Virus record (IMG/VR): IMGVR_UViG_3300042879_003989
Location: 1-56,847 of that record
Source of the DNA: a virus
Lineage: Duplodnaviria; Caudoviricetes
Direction: 5' to 3' (one strand)
DNA length: 56,847 bases
In this document: piece after piece, positions 16,634-27,009 of the stretch
Position numbering within the stretch: position 1 is the stretch's first letter
Layout: each line of letters starts with the position of its first letter
Notes under the pieces: generated by a model
Seen by the model: the letters and a program-made list of their open reading frames with translations, nothing else
Told to the model about the DNA's origin: nothing
Database searches by the model: none
Program-made: the position numbers and the translations under genes

Positions 16634-18839
16634 CGAGCGCCATCGACAGCAAGGTGAGCGGCAGCGGCTGGTCCTGGCGCACGCACACGGCGGCGTCGCT
16701 GTTCCAGCTCGGGCTCACCGCGAAGCGCAGCTCGCCGGTGCGCAGCGCGGGCGGTGAGTCGTAGGGGTCGGTGTGGTCGCGGATCGGGAACTCGGTGAGC
16801 TTGGCGAACGAGGGCCCGGCCTTGACCGCGCTCGACTGCGTCACGCGCAGCGCCACGGAGTTGACGTTCTTGCGCAGGAACTGCCCGCCGGCCGCTGCCC
16901 CCTCGAGCGCGAGCGGCAGCGTCTGCAGGTCCGACACGTAGGGCAGGCCCACGTGCACGACGCTGTAGCTGTCGTCGAGCGTGACGGCCCCACCGGTGAC
17001 GGTGCGCGGCGGGTGCACCGCGCCGTCGGCCAGGATCTGCACGCTCTTGCCCTCGAGGTGCCACAGGCCCGACAGCGAGCTCACCGGCGCGCCGTCGTAG
17101 GTGAGGCCCGAGTCGACGTAGAACGCGTCCTCCTGGGCGGTGAACAGGCCCGAGCGCAGCCGCTCGACGTAGCGCACCTGGCGGCCGTTGACGGTGCGGC
17201 GCACGACCACGTAGAGCACGTCCTCGAGCCCCTCGCTCACCACACACACGCTCTCGAACGTGCCGTCGGTGGTGTGCTGGTGCCAGCCGTAGACCTGCTG
17301 CTCGGGCACGTAGGTCATGCCGAGCAGCGTGCCGTCGGAGCGCACGGCCCAGAGCGTGGGCACGGGGGCGCGCGCGTAGGCCAGGTCGACCATGCTGAAC
17401 CCGTTGAACAGGTGCGGCGCCATGATCGAGATGTCGATCGACACGTAGGCGCTGTTCTGCCAGTTGTAGGCGAGCTCGCGGATGCGCGAGCCCTGGGCCT
17501 GCACGTACAGGATCGAGCCCGAGGTGAGCGCGGGCTGCACGTTCGACGCCCCAGTGAACCCCTGCGGCTTGATCGACAAGCTGGTGGGCGTGATGTTGGG
17601 CGCGCTGTCGGCGAAGATGCGGAACTCCCCGCCCACGGTCAGCGCGATGATGTCGGCCAGCGGCAGCAGGTGGCGGATCGCGTTCTGCTGCTGGGCGGCG
17701 ATGCGGAACTCCAGGCCGTCGTCGTCCTGCGAGGGCAGGCTCGAGGTCAGGTTCGACTGCGTGCCGCTGCGCGTGGCCCACACCGTCTGCGGCTCGTCGG
17801 CCGTGCCCGCGAACCAGCGGCGCTGCTCGTAGTAGGTGACGGCCGCGGGGTAGTCGCCGGCGCCGCTGTTCAAGTCGTAGATGTCCTCGGGCGGCGTGAC
17901 CGTGGTGTCGGCCAGCACGTTGTCGTCGACCACGCTCAGGCCGGTGGTCGCGCCGATGTAGCCGAACGACCCGCCGCGCTTCTTGTAGACGCGGTAGCGC
18001 GTGGCGCCGGCCACGGCCGACCAGGAGATGGTGTTGTAGTTGCCGCTGACGGTGAGGTTGTTGTTGGCGCTCACCACGCTCGAGGCGAGCGACTCGGTCA
18101 CGCCGTCGGCGGCGATCGAGGTCACCACGTAGCTGTGCGGGTTCTGGTTGCCGGCGGTGCCGACCGTGGCCACCACACCCACGCCGGTGGGGACCGTGGC
18201 GCTCGGCGCGAAGCTGATCGATGTCAGCGTCCAGTTGGTCGCGCCCACGCGGGCGAGCTCGCGCGCGGCGTAGCCCGGGTGGGTGATGGTGAGGATGTCG
18301 CTGTCCTGCGCGAAGTGCAGCGTGAAGAGGTCGGCCTCGAGGTAGGGGCTCGCGATCGTGTAGGCGCGCGCGGCGGTCGTGCCCGAGGCGACGGTGGCGG
18401 CACCCCAGCGGTCGGCGGTCGTGAACGTGTTCGCGCCGGTGGAGGTGATGCGGTGGAAGCGGTTGCCGATGAACACGTCGTCGCCCGTCGACCAGCCGTG
18501 GCCGGTGACCGTGACGGTCGAGCCCACGATGCTGACGATGGCCTTGGAGGCCTCGAGCAGCGTGTCGCCGTTGACGTGGAAGCGGATGTACTGGTCGCCG
18601 AACTCCAGCACCACGGTCTGGTCGGCGGCGTAGGAGAACGGGATCAGGCGCACGGCCTTGGTGCTGTCGCGCGCCTCGATGACGTGCTCGTAGCCCGGGC
18701 GGCGCGCGACGGGCCCGTGCGGCAGCACCGTGAAGTTGCGGCACAGCGCCAGGCCGGTCTGGTACTTGGTCAGGTCGATGCGCCCGTACAGCTCGGGCGT
18801 GATCTCGCCGCCGGCAAAAGAGCGCAGCAGCGTCTTCAT
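16614..18839 (-). CDS. Tail nozzle (tail tubular protein B-like)
   Basis: SF.GGE.TP.L.GR.D..KY start; YP.AV.YY.QR; beta-rich. Confidence 0.88.
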   Translation of the reverse strand: MKTLLRSFAGGEITPELYGRIDLTKYQTGLALCRNFTVLPHGPVARRPGYEHVIEARDSTKAVRLIPFSYAADQTVVLEFGDQYIRFHVNGDTLLEASKAIVSIVGSTVTVTGHGWSTGDDVFIGNRFHRITSTGANTFTTADRWGAATVASGTTAARAYTIASPYLEADLFTLHFAQDSDILTITHPGYAARELARVGATNWTLTSISFAPSATVPTGVGVVATVGTAGNQNPHSYVVTSIAADGVTESLASSVVSANNNLTVSGNYNTISWSAVAGATRYRVYKKRGGSFGYIGATTGLSVVDDNVLADTTVTPPEDIYDLNSGAGDYPAAVTYYEQRRWFAGTADEPQTVWATRSGTQSNLTSSLPSQDDDGLEFRIAAQQQNAIRHLLPLADIIALTVGGEFRIFADSAPNITPTSLSIKPQGFTGASNVQPALTSGSILYVQAQGSRIRELAYNWQNSAYVSIDISIMAPHLFNGFSMVDLAYARAPVPTLWAVRSDGTLLGMTYVPEQQVYGWHQHTTDGTFESVCVVSEGLEDVLYVVVRRTVNGRQVRYVERLRSGLFTAQEDAFYVDSGLTYDGAPVSSLSGLWHLEGKSVQILADGAVHPPRTVTGGAVTLDDSYSVVHVGLPYVSDLQTLPLALEGAAAGGQFLRKNVNSVALRVTQSSAVKAGPSFAKLTEFPIRDHTDPYDSPPALRTGELRFAVSPSWNSDAAVCVRQDQPLPLTLLSMALDVATGG

Positions 18840-19438
18840 GCGCGTGCGGTGATCGAGGCCGGCGTGTAGTCGGCGGTGTCCTTGCTCGCGTTGGCGTCGT
18901 TGGCCGCGGCCGCGCGCAGCGCGTCGTAGCCACGCTCGGCCCAGGCGCCCCCAAGCCGGGCCCCGTCGGCCCCCTTGATGATCGGCCCGGCCAGGTAACC
19001 CGCCAGGATCATGCCCAGCGCCGTGGTGAAGTCGGCCGGGTAGCGCGTGGTGTCGGTGACGTCGCGCGTGTAGATGAGCGTGGCGTCGGGCTGGTTGGTG
19101 TAGAGCGCATCGCCCTCGCGCTCGTACTTGGCCGTGCCGCGCTCGGGCGTGTCGGCCACGTCATGCGCGAGCACCTTGCGGGTGCGCAGGCAGTCGCTCG
19201 GCACTTGGTACTTGTAGGCCCACTCGCTCGAGTCGTTGGTGAGTTCGGCCAGCACCACGCGCTTGCGGGCGAACGCCCACGAGTACTCGGCCGAGAGCAC
19301 GGCCTGGCGCGCGATCGGCAAAAACCGCGCGCAGTGCCCGGCCTCGACGCTGCCGTCGGGCGGGCTCAGGGAGGTGACGACCGCGTCCGCCCCGATGTGG
19401 CTCAGGGCGGTGTTGGCGATGTCGACGGCGCTGGCCAT
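18836..19438 (-). CDS. Tail adaptor (tail tubular protein A-like)
   Basis: S.VDI.N.AL..IG, W.FA.KR..L, Y..P.DCL. Confidence 0.85.
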   Translation of the reverse strand: MASAVDIANTALSHIGADAVVTSLSPPDGSVEAGHCARFLPIARQAVLSAEYSWAFARKRVVLAELTNDSSEWAYKYQVPSDCLRTRKVLAHDVADTPERGTAKYEREGDALYTNQPDATLIYTRDVTDTTRYPADFTTALGMILAGYLAGPIIKGADGARLGGAWAERGYDALRAAAANDANASKDTADYTPASITARA

Positions 19439-19599
19439 CAGGCGTACAGCGCCAGGATGGCGCGCTCGATGTCTTCGCGGCTCGCCTGCTCAGGCAAGTC
19501 GAGCAGGTACGAGCCGCGTCGAGAACCCTGGTCGTCCTCGACGGTGGCCTGAACGAACCAGCCGGTGCCGACGAACTCGGCGGCGAGGATGGTGACCAT
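19438..19599 (-). CDS. Small hypothetical protein (53 aa)
   Basis: MVTILAAEFVGTGWFVQATVEDD...; fills the gap between two virion genes; below the ORF-track cutoff. Confidence 0.6.
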   Translation of the reverse strand: MVTILAAEFVGTGWFVQATVEDDQGSRRGSYLLDLPEQASREDIERAILALYA

Positions 19600-19608
19600 G
19601 GGGCCCCC

Positions 19609-21183
19609 TTACGCGGCGGTGAAGCCTTGAGCGTTGAAGTACACCGCGCCGGCGCCCGAGGCCGACAGCGTGAGCACTTCCAGCAGCGTGTTGGCCGTGC
19701 TCTTGAGCGGGTTGGCGAAGACGATGTTCATCGTCGGCAGGCCGCCGGTCGGGATGCGCGTGCGCCACAGCACGGTGCCGCCGGCGCCGTCGCGGATCGC
19801 CAGCTCGGTCGCGTTGGTCAGCGCCTCGGACATCACCTGGATCGACGTGACGTAGCTGCGCAGGCCAGCGCCCGCCGCCGCGCGGAACGTGACCGCCGTC
19901 GTGGTGTTGACGATGCCCGAGCCAGCCGCCGCGTAGCTCCACTCGAGCTCGGGGATCTGCCAGGGTCGGATGACCTGCACGCCCTGCAGCGTCGTGACCA
20001 GGTCGGCCACGTCGCCAGTGGCGACCGTCGCGTAAGCCGCCGACAGCGCCCGGCCGGCGATGCGCACCGGGTTGCCCGACACCACCGCATCGTGCGCGGC
20101 GGGGCCCGCGGCGATGACCTGGCCGATCGGCGTGGTGGCCGCCGGCGCGCCCACAAGCTGCACGCCCACCGCCTGGCCCTGCACCGCCTGGCCACGGCCC
20201 GCGGTGATCTCGGCGGTGAGCTCGGCGTAGTCCTGCACGTTCACGAACTGGAACTGCAGGTTGATCGCGGCCGGCGCGGCGGCCAGCGCCACGCGGCCCG
20301 AGCCCGCGGCGTAGGCGCCCGCGAACGTGGTGCCTTGCAGCTCGATCGTGTTGGCATCGACCGAGGTGATCGTGTAGTTGCCGCGCACCTCGGCGGTGCC
20401 GTTGAGCACGCCGTTCAACGCCTCGACCCACACGACGTTGCTGGTCGAGTAGCCGTGCGCCGTGACCGTCAGGCGGATCACCCCGCCCGTGCCAGCCACC
20501 GCGCCCGTCACCGACTTCCACGCGGCGTGGTTCAGCGAGCGGATGCGCAGCTTGTAGAGCGCGTTGGGATCGGGGATCTGCTGCTGGCGCACGTAACTGT
20601 TGGCGCGACCCGCGGTCGAGTCGAGCGCGCGCGAGTGCCAGTAGGCCTCGTCGGCGAACGGCTCGAGCTCCAGGATGCTGTAGGTGGCCGTCGTGACGAT
20701 GGTGCTCGCGGCCGACAGCAGCGGTGTCAGGCCGCCGTTCTGCGTGCCGTAGACGGCCTGGGTGACCGTGGTCGAGGCCGCACCACCGATGTCGATGTCG
20801 ATCGAGTGGCGCCCGTCGGGCAGGCCGGTCGTCTTGTCGACCGACACGATCTCGATCAGGTGGTGGGTGTTGGCCTGGCGCGTGGCGCCCGACTGCACGC
20901 CGGCCATCACGCGGAACGGGATCGTGAACGATTCCTTCGAGAGCAACTCGGCGAAGCCACCGGCGGTGGTGCCCGAGGCGATCGTGAGCACGCCGGCGCT
21001 GTTGGTGGCCGTGACACCGCCCGAGGTGGTGACGTCCCAGTTGTCGGTGAGCGCGCTGGTGAAGCTGTCGCGCCACTTCTTCTGCACCGAGCTCACCAGG
21101 CCCGAGCCGTCCACGCCGCGCCACAGGGACTTGCGGCCGGTGCCGCGGGGGTCGGAGGTCTCTTCGAGGATGACGGTGGTCAT
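19609..21183 (-). CDS. Probable virion accessory or decoration protein
   Basis: 524 aa, Thr/Ala/Gly beta-rich, inside the structural operon. Confidence 0.6.
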   Translation of the reverse strand: MTTVILEETSDPRGTGRKSLWRGVDGSGLVSSVQKKWRDSFTSALTDNWDVTTSGGVTATNSAGVLTIASGTTAGGFAELLSKESFTIPFRVMAGVQSGATRQANTHHLIEIVSVDKTTGLPDGRHSIDIDIGGAASTTVTQAVYGTQNGGLTPLLSAASTIVTTATYSILELEPFADEAYWHSRALDSTAGRANSYVRQQQIPDPNALYKLRIRSLNHAAWKSVTGAVAGTGGVIRLTVTAHGYSTSNVVWVEALNGVLNGTAEVRGNYTITSVDANTIELQGTTFAGAYAAGSGRVALAAAPAAINLQFQFVNVQDYAELTAEITAGRGQAVQGQAVGVQLVGAPAATTPIGQVIAAGPAAHDAVVSGNPVRIAGRALSAAYATVATGDVADLVTTLQGVQVIRPWQIPELEWSYAAAGSGIVNTTTAVTFRAAAGAGLRSYVTSIQVMSEALTNATELAIRDGAGGTVLWRTRIPTGGLPTMNIVFANPLKSTANTLLEVLTLSASGAGAVYFNAQGFTAA

Positions 21184-21205
21184 GGTGGCCTGCGAGCGTT
21201 GGGTG

Positions 21206-21436
21206 TCAGATCAGGTCGAGCGGGCCGACCGACTTCGTCTTGCCGAGTTCCGACAGCGCGACGGGCGCGCTGTCAGCCGACTTCGGCTTCTTGGCCTTGT
21301 CGGCCGGGGCCGTGGAGGCGCCCGAAGGCACCTCCACGAACCAGGCGCCCTTGGTGCCAGCAGGCACCTCGAGCACCTCTCCGACGCGGCGACGCACGCC
21401 GCCAAAGAACGCTGGTTGCGTGACCTTGACTTTCAT
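21206..21436 (-). CDS. Small virion-associated protein
   Basis: 76 aa after the cement gene; synteny. Confidence 0.65.
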   Translation of the reverse strand: MKVKVTQPAFFGGVRRRVGEVLEVPAGTKGAWFVEVPSGASTAPADKAKKPKSADSAPVALSELGKTKSVGPLDLI

Positions 21437-21451
21437 GCGTCACCCTTCGCG

Positions 21452-21934
21452 TCAGAGCTGGAACGGCGCGTCGTAGGCCTTCCAGGCACGCGGCGTCGGC
21501 GTCAGGAACGCGTCGATCGTGCCGCCCGTGACGGCCGCCGTGCCGGTGACCTGCTGCACGCCGAGGAAACGCTCGTACACGACGCCCTCGATCGGCAGCG
21601 CGAACACGCCGAGCACCGTTCCCGGGGCCAGGGTCGTGGTCGCCGTGCCGGTGCCGGTGGCGAAGGCGCGGGTCTGCAGGTGAATGGACTGCGTGCCGTT
21701 GGTGGCAAGCGCCGCGGCGTCGTCGGAGGCCAGTTGGAACTGGACCGTGCCGGCCGAGCCCGCCGCGATGCCGGTGGCGCCCACCTGCAGCACGAGGTAG
21801 AGCTGGTCGCCCGGCTCGCCGATGCCACGGCCGGCAAGGCCCAGGTCGATCTGGTCGGCCAGGTTGTAGGTGCCTGCGGCGCCCGTGTTGAGGGCCTGGT
21901 TGTCGCAGAACTCGGTGCGTTCGTCGAGAATCAT
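21452..21934 (-). CDS. Capsid cement protein (Bbp16-like)
   Basis: MILD...F...Q, IDLG, G.I.AFLT; follows the major capsid gene. Confidence 0.85.
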   Translation of the reverse strand: MILDERTEFCDNQALNTGAAGTYNLADQIDLGLAGRGIGEPGDQLYLVLQVGATGIAAGSAGTVQFQLASDDAAALATNGTQSIHLQTRAFATGTGTATTTLAPGTVLGVFALPIEGVVYERFLGVQQVTGTAAVTGGTIDAFLTPTPRAWKAYDAPFQL

Positions 21935-21968
21935 GGTGAGGGTTCCTTTCGTGTCAGAGTGCTGCGGG

Positions 21969-22961
21969 TCAGACCACGCGGGCCTCGGTGTTGAGCAGCG
22001 CGTCGGTGCGCATCACCGGGATCTCGTCGAAGGTGAGCACGCGCTTGCCGGCCACCGACTCGAAGGTCAGGTTGCTGGCGACCTTCTCCAGGATGCCCAG
22101 GCGCAGCTTCTCGCGGATGTTGCGGTTCACGTAGAACGCGGCCCGCCCGGCGCCGAACGACGGGATGCGCTCGGCAGCCTGGATCATCCAGTTGATCAGG
22201 TTCTTCGTGTTGGCGACCGTGTTGAGGTCGGACACGTCGACGTTGGCGATGCGCACGATGTAGCGCCAGTCGCGCACCGTGAGACCGCAGTCCCAGCGGT
22301 AGTGGCTGCGGTACATCTGGGCGCGGCCGCTGTTGCCGTCGACGTTCTCGACCGTCACCTCGCCGAGGTCACGCATCTGCACGCCGCCGGTGCTGCCCTT
22401 CGGGTAGATGCCGTGGCAGGTGTTGGGGCCCCACACGATCAGCCAGATCGAGGTGTTGTCCGAGCCCGCGCCGGTGGCGTCGATGATGTTGTCGGCGTTC
22501 TGCGACGACAGCGAGTTGAAGCGCGGCGCGAAGCCGGTGAACGCCTCGGGCTCGGTGCCTTCGTTGCCGTAGAACAGCGTCTGCGCCATCTCCTGGCTCA
22601 TGGCCTCGATGAAGGCCTTGTCCTCGGAGAGGCGGAACGCGGCGGCGTTGCCGTTCAGGTCGGCCAGGGCCTTGTCGACCTCGGCGTAGGCCTCGAGCAT
22701 GCCGCACGAGTCGGTGACCTGCGCGGTCGTGCTCTTGGACGGCTGCACGCCGCCGTAGAGCTTGCGCCACGTCACGGACGGCAGGCCCGTGCGCACGGTC
22801 GTCTTGTGACCGGTGGGCAGGTTGCCTTCCATGAACGTCATGTCGTTCAGGATGGGGTTGGTGGCGGCCAGCATCTCGACGATCTTGTCGACGTTGAGGC
22901 TGGGATCGAGTCGCGAGGCGACGTCGATCAGGGTCGGGTTGTTCGCGGACAAGGCGGGCAT
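21969..22961 (-). CDS. Major capsid protein (BPP-1-like)
   Basis: PTL.D, N.IL.D..F.EGN..TGH..TVRTGLP, D.L.NTE.RV. Confidence 0.93.
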   Translation of the reverse strand: MPALSANNPTLIDVASRLDPSLNVDKIVEMLAATNPILNDMTFMEGNLPTGHKTTVRTGLPSVTWRKLYGGVQPSKSTTAQVTDSCGMLEAYAEVDKALADLNGNAAAFRLSEDKAFIEAMSQEMAQTLFYGNEGTEPEAFTGFAPRFNSLSSQNADNIIDATGAGSDNTSIWLIVWGPNTCHGIYPKGSTGGVQMRDLGEVTVENVDGNSGRAQMYRSHYRWDCGLTVRDWRYIVRIANVDVSDLNTVANTKNLINWMIQAAERIPSFGAGRAAFYVNRNIREKLRLGILEKVASNLTFESVAGKRVLTFDEIPVMRTDALLNTEARVV

Positions 22962-22971
22962 GATGGGTTCC

Positions 22972-23559
22972 TTACTTCATGGAGGGAAACAGACTCTTGG
23001 CGAGGTCGCTCTCGGTCGCGGGGCTCTTCGGAGCGCCACGCACGAACCCGTCCTCGCTGATCGCTTTGCCGATCTTGAAGGCCAGCTTCACCAGCTCGGG
23101 GTGGTTGCCCATCCCGGTGCTGTTGAGCAGCTCCTTCAATTCCGGCGTGCCGAACTGATCGAGCGCCTTGCGGGCCACGGCCAGGTTCTCCTGGAGCTTG
23201 TCGCCCCCGATCTCCTTGTCGTTCTTGACCTGCTCGGCCCACGACTCGACCAGCGCCGTGTGAGCCTGCTGCTGGGCCTGGATGCGCTTGACCTCCAGGT
23301 CCACCAGCTTCTTCGCCGCATCCCCCGGGAGCTTCAGCTCCTTGGCGATCGCGACGAACTCGTCGGTGCTGCTCTTGTCGAGCTCGATGCCGTCTGGCAT
23401 CTCGAACGCGTAGTCGGGCTCGGGCTTCGGCTGCGGTTGCGCCGGTGCCGCGGGTGCGCCGCTCTGCACGCTCGTCTGACCAGGGTCGCCCCCGGTCGCT
23501 GCTGGCTGTTCCCCGGGGGTCGTGGTCGGTGTCCCGGTTCCCTGCGCGTCGTCACTCAA
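22972..23559 (-). CDS. Capsid scaffolding protein
   Basis: Y.F..P.G, G.GNHP..VK...KIGK.ISED; precedes the capsid gene. Confidence 0.8.
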   Translation of the reverse strand: MSDDAQGTGTPTTTPGEQPAATGGDPGQTSVQSGAPAAPAQPQPKPEPDYAFEMPDGIELDKSSTDEFVAIAKELKLPGDAAKKLVDLEVKRIQAQQQAHTALVESWAEQVKNDKEIGGDKLQENLAVARKALDQFGTPELKELLNSTGMGNHPELVKLAFKIGKAISEDGFVRGAPKSPATESDLAKSLFPSMK

Positions 23560-23854
23560 CTCGGTACTCCTTGAGGAGTTTCACGTAGCTCTCGGGCGCG
23601 ATTTCGAGGATCTCTGCCATGAGGTACAGACCGAGGTGACGCTTGCCTTCGTTGAAGGCCATCACACTGCCGCTGTGGTTGAACGACGTGCGATGCACCC
23701 CAGACTCCTCAAGCAGACGGCTCACGATGCGCCGCCCTTGAGCGTGGGCCATCAGCCACTTGAAGTCTTCGACCTGCTGCTTGCGCTTGAGGGCTTTGGT
23801 CGCCTGGGCGGCCTGCTCCGCGTGCTCGTCAACGGGTTCGATGGGATCTCGCAT
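23552..23854 (-). CDS. Bbp19-like protein
   Basis: D.KWLM...GRR...RLL...G, AFNEG.R..GL. Confidence 0.85.
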   Translation of the reverse strand: MRDPIEPVDEHAEQAAQATKALKRKQQVEDFKWLMAHAQGRRIVSRLLEESGVHRTSFNHSGSVMAFNEGKRHLGLYLMAEILEIAPESYVKLLKEYRVE

Positions 23855-23868
23855 GACTGATGGCGCGG

Positions 23869-23901
23869 ATGGTAGGCGCGCGCCTGGCGCACACGGACAC
23901 G
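23869..23901 (-). promoter_or_regulatory. Late-type promoter for head operon (CGTGTCCGT-N18-TACCAT)
   Basis: Conserved motif and spacing. Confidence 0.8.
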
Positions 23902-23931
23902 GGGGCTAGGTCGTCACATGCGACAACCCAA

Positions 23932-25278
23932 TCAGTTGATTGGGTAGGTGATGGCGCAAGCGCCGATGCCTTTGCCGTTTGCGGCGGTGAAAGCTCCACC
24001 CGAGATGACCGCAGAGCTCAGGGTAATGACACCCGACGAGTCGATGGCCGCCGTGCCAACCGACCATGCACCGTTGTTCTGGATGGGGACCAGCACGGTC
24101 TGAGTGTTGATAGGCCGCGCCAGCGCTGGCAGGCCGGTAATTGTGCAGGCCGTGGTGTTGCTGGTGCCGTTGATGAGTTGCGCCCAGATGGTCACCACGC
24201 CGTTGGCAATCTGATATTTCCACCCTGCAGTCGGGGTCGTGGTGCAGCCGGTCAGGGTCGCCGTGAAGGCCGCGTCGTCAGTCCATGTCAGAGAGGTGTT
24301 GCTCCCGGCGTTGCTGACCGTATAGATGCCATCGTTGAGGTAGCGGCGATTGGCAGTCAGAGAGGTGTACTGCGCGTCGCTTCGCACGACGATAGCGTTA
24401 CTGCTGCCATCCGCGCTCAGGCAGATGTTGTCGCGCACAATGGTGTGCTTGACACCAGCGCCGCTGCCGGCGCCAACCAGGATCGAAGGCACACCCGACG
24501 CCCCACCGGCCATGTAGTTGTTGACCACCTGGTTGCCGATGCAGATGCCCGTGCCTCCGCGCAGGTAGACGTAGGCCGTCATGCCGGTGACGCTGGCCTC
24601 GAAGCGGTTGGCCTGGACGATGGTGCCGTCGGCGCCCTCTAGGTCGACAAACGCGACGGTGCCCGCGCGCCCCGAGTCCTCGAACTCGTTGTTGATCACC
24701 TGATTTCCGTCGGTGTTCCAGGCAACGTCACGCAGATGGATGCCGCGCAAGTTGCCGCGGAAACTGTTGCTATGCACGAAGTTGCCATTGAACTCCTGCA
24801 CCCCCAACAGCCCGACCCCGTTCTGCTCAACGTCGCATCGAGTCAACGTGCCGTAGAAGACGCTGGTGCCACGCACCCCAGCGGTAGAAAACCCCCGGAC
24901 GTGGCAGGAAATAATCTGCCAAAAATGCGAGACGAATGGCAGATCAATGCCAATCGCGCCGGTAGTTGTCGTGAGGCGCAGGCTCTCGATGGAGCAGTAC
25001 GCCTTGCCATTGAAGTTCACCGCCGTGCCGGCGCCGGTGTAGGACAGCACCGAGGCGTCGCCGATCCCAACGATGCGCGTGCCCGCCGCGGGCATGTTCA
25101 GCGTCGATCCGAAAAGCACCGTGCCGCGAGGTAGCACAAGTGTCCCGCCCGACGACAGAGACGCCAATGCCGCAGCCAACGAAGAAGAGTTGTCGGTCAG
25201 GCCGTCGGCTACAACGCCAAAATCCGATGCGCTGACGATGTCGTTCAGCTTGACCTTGTTCTTGAGTGCCTTGCTCAT
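23932..25278 (-). CDS. Anchor-less beta-helix tailspike/depolymerase-like protein
   Basis: VS..DFG..ADG.TD.S..L..A motif, Asn-ladder repeats; lower GC. Confidence 0.8.
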   Translation of the reverse strand: MSKALKNKVKLNDIVSASDFGVVADGLTDNSSSLAAALASLSSGGTLVLPRGTVLFGSTLNMPAAGTRIVGIGDASVLSYTGAGTAVNFNGKAYCSIESLRLTTTTGAIGIDLPFVSHFWQIISCHVRGFSTAGVRGTSVFYGTLTRCDVEQNGVGLLGVQEFNGNFVHSNSFRGNLRGIHLRDVAWNTDGNQVINNEFEDSGRAGTVAFVDLEGADGTIVQANRFEASVTGMTAYVYLRGGTGICIGNQVVNNYMAGGASGVPSILVGAGSGAGVKHTIVRDNICLSADGSSNAIVVRSDAQYTSLTANRRYLNDGIYTVSNAGSNTSLTWTDDAAFTATLTGCTTTPTAGWKYQIANGVVTIWAQLINGTSNTTACTITGLPALARPINTQTVLVPIQNNGAWSVGTAAIDSSGVITLSSAVISGGAFTAANGKGIGACAITYPIN

Positions 25279-25281
25279 CGC

Positions 25282-27006
25282 TTACTCCACCATCGAGGGG
25301 CTCGGTGAGCTGTAGCCCTGCAGCATGCCCATCACGTCGCGGAGCTGGTCGGTGTTGATCTCGCTCGCAGTCTTCGCGCTCTCCACCACCTGCGGGGCGG
25401 TGGCGGCCGACTGCGCGGCCTGCTGGGCCTGGGCGCGCGCGGCGCGCACCGCGGCCACGTCCTGGTCGCTCACGATCAGCGCCGGGTTGACCCCGAACGC
25501 GTTGGCCATGTCGTCGACCACCTGGTCGAAGTTGAGCTTGTCGAGGATGTCGGGCTTCACCGGCGCCAGGTTCACGGCCGTCGACAGCAGCCGCTCCATG
25601 CCGTTCACCGCCACCGCGCGCTGCGCCTGGGCCAGCACGCTGATGAACTCGATCTCCAGGTTCACGCCCTGGATCTCGGGCGGCGCCGGCGGCAGGATGC
25701 CCGCCTCGGAGCAGCGCTCGAACGTGATGTCGACCAGTGGCGAGAGCAGCTCGTTGTGGATGCGCTCGAGCACGGGCCCGAGCATGAGCAGCTTCTCCTC
25801 GTGGCGCTCGGCCACCTCGGTCGCGGTCATGCGGCCGTTGGCGGGCTGCTGCGCCAGCATCAGGAACAGGTCGGCGTAGTAGGCCTGGCGGATGCGATCG
25901 CGCGTGTCGCGGATCGAGTCCATCAGGAAGTCCAGGCGCAGGTTGACGTCGAACGCCGAGCGCACGCCGCCCCCGGGCGACATCGCATCGACGTACATCA
26001 CCCCGCCCGGCAGGCGCGACTGCGCCGCGTCCTTGTAGGCCGTGGGCACCTGCAGCGGCGGGTTGACCTGGTACTCGATCGCCTGCGCCTTGCGCTGCTG
26101 CTCGAACTGCAACTGCTTGACGTCGCCGAGCGCCTCCATGCCGGGCGAGCGGCCGTAGATGTCGTTGCCCGTGACCGTCCAGCGCGGGGCCAGCACGGGG
26201 AAGCGCTTGAACCCGCTCTCGCTAAGGTACTTGTCGAAGGCCTCCTTGCCGGGCTCGAAGTAGCACGACTCCCAGGCCATGTTGCGCGCGTCGCGCTTGC
26301 CCGGCTCGCGGTTGCGCCGCGGCTGGATCAGGTGCACCACGTCGACCCACACGTCGTAGGCGCCGCGGTCGTAGAGGTTGCGCACTGCGCGCGAGCACGA
26401 CTGCTTGCCGAACTGGCCGACCATCTGGCCGACCGTCATCTTCATCTCGCGCGCCAGCGTGTCCACCCGGCCGCGGTTGTCGTGGGCGAGGTAGTACTCG
26501 CCGACCGTCATCGGGTAGTGGTGCACGACGTTGTCGAAGTCGGGCAGCACCACGTCGGCCCAGGTGCCGAACGCACCGAGCTCCTCGTAGCACGAGTGCA
26601 GCGTGTTGTACGTGTTGCTCGCGGCGAACACCGCGCGCATGAGCTCGGTCACGTCGTACAGCCACTGCTTGACCGGGCCGAACTCCATGAGCGCCTTGTC
26701 GGCCAGGCCCAGGCGGAACCAGGGACGGGCCGGGCTCGTCACGCCCGACATCATGCCGGCGGCCAGCGTGCGCACCGCGAACACCGCGGTGTTGTCGTAG
26801 ATGAGCTGGTTCTTCTTCTTGCCCTCGTTCGTGTCGGCCGTCAGGAACCGGCCGGCGCGCGGGAACTGGTACTGCGCGATCTGCAGCCAGTGGTTGTCCC
26901 AGCTCGAGCGCTCGGCCTTGAGCGCGGCCAGGCGCGCGAGCTTGCGATTGATGTCGCTGCCGGCGCCGCCGTAGGTCTCAGCCGCCTCGGGCCCGAGGGA
27001 GTACAT
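25282..27006 (-). CDS. Portal protein (T7 gp8-like head-tail connector)
   Basis: LAAG.MSG.TSPARPWF, YGRSP.M.AL.D, MTATEV.ER.EEK. Confidence 0.95.
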   Translation of the reverse strand: MYSLGPEAAETYGGAGSDINRKLARLAALKAERSSWDNHWLQIAQYQFPRAGRFLTADTNEGKKKNQLIYDNTAVFAVRTLAAGMMSGVTSPARPWFRLGLADKALMEFGPVKQWLYDVTELMRAVFAASNTYNTLHSCYEELGAFGTWADVVLPDFDNVVHHYPMTVGEYYLAHDNRGRVDTLAREMKMTVGQMVGQFGKQSCSRAVRNLYDRGAYDVWVDVVHLIQPRRNREPGKRDARNMAWESCYFEPGKEAFDKYLSESGFKRFPVLAPRWTVTGNDIYGRSPGMEALGDVKQLQFEQQRKAQAIEYQVNPPLQVPTAYKDAAQSRLPGGVMYVDAMSPGGGVRSAFDVNLRLDFLMDSIRDTRDRIRQAYYADLFLMLAQQPANGRMTATEVAERHEEKLLMLGPVLERIHNELLSPLVDITFERCSEAGILPPAPPEIQGVNLEIEFISVLAQAQRAVAVNGMERLLSTAVNLAPVKPDILDKLNFDQVVDDMANAFGVNPALIVSDQDVAAVRAARAQAQQAAQSAATAPQVVESAKTASEINTDQLRDVMGMLQGYSSPSPSMVE

Positions 27007-27009
27007 CGA

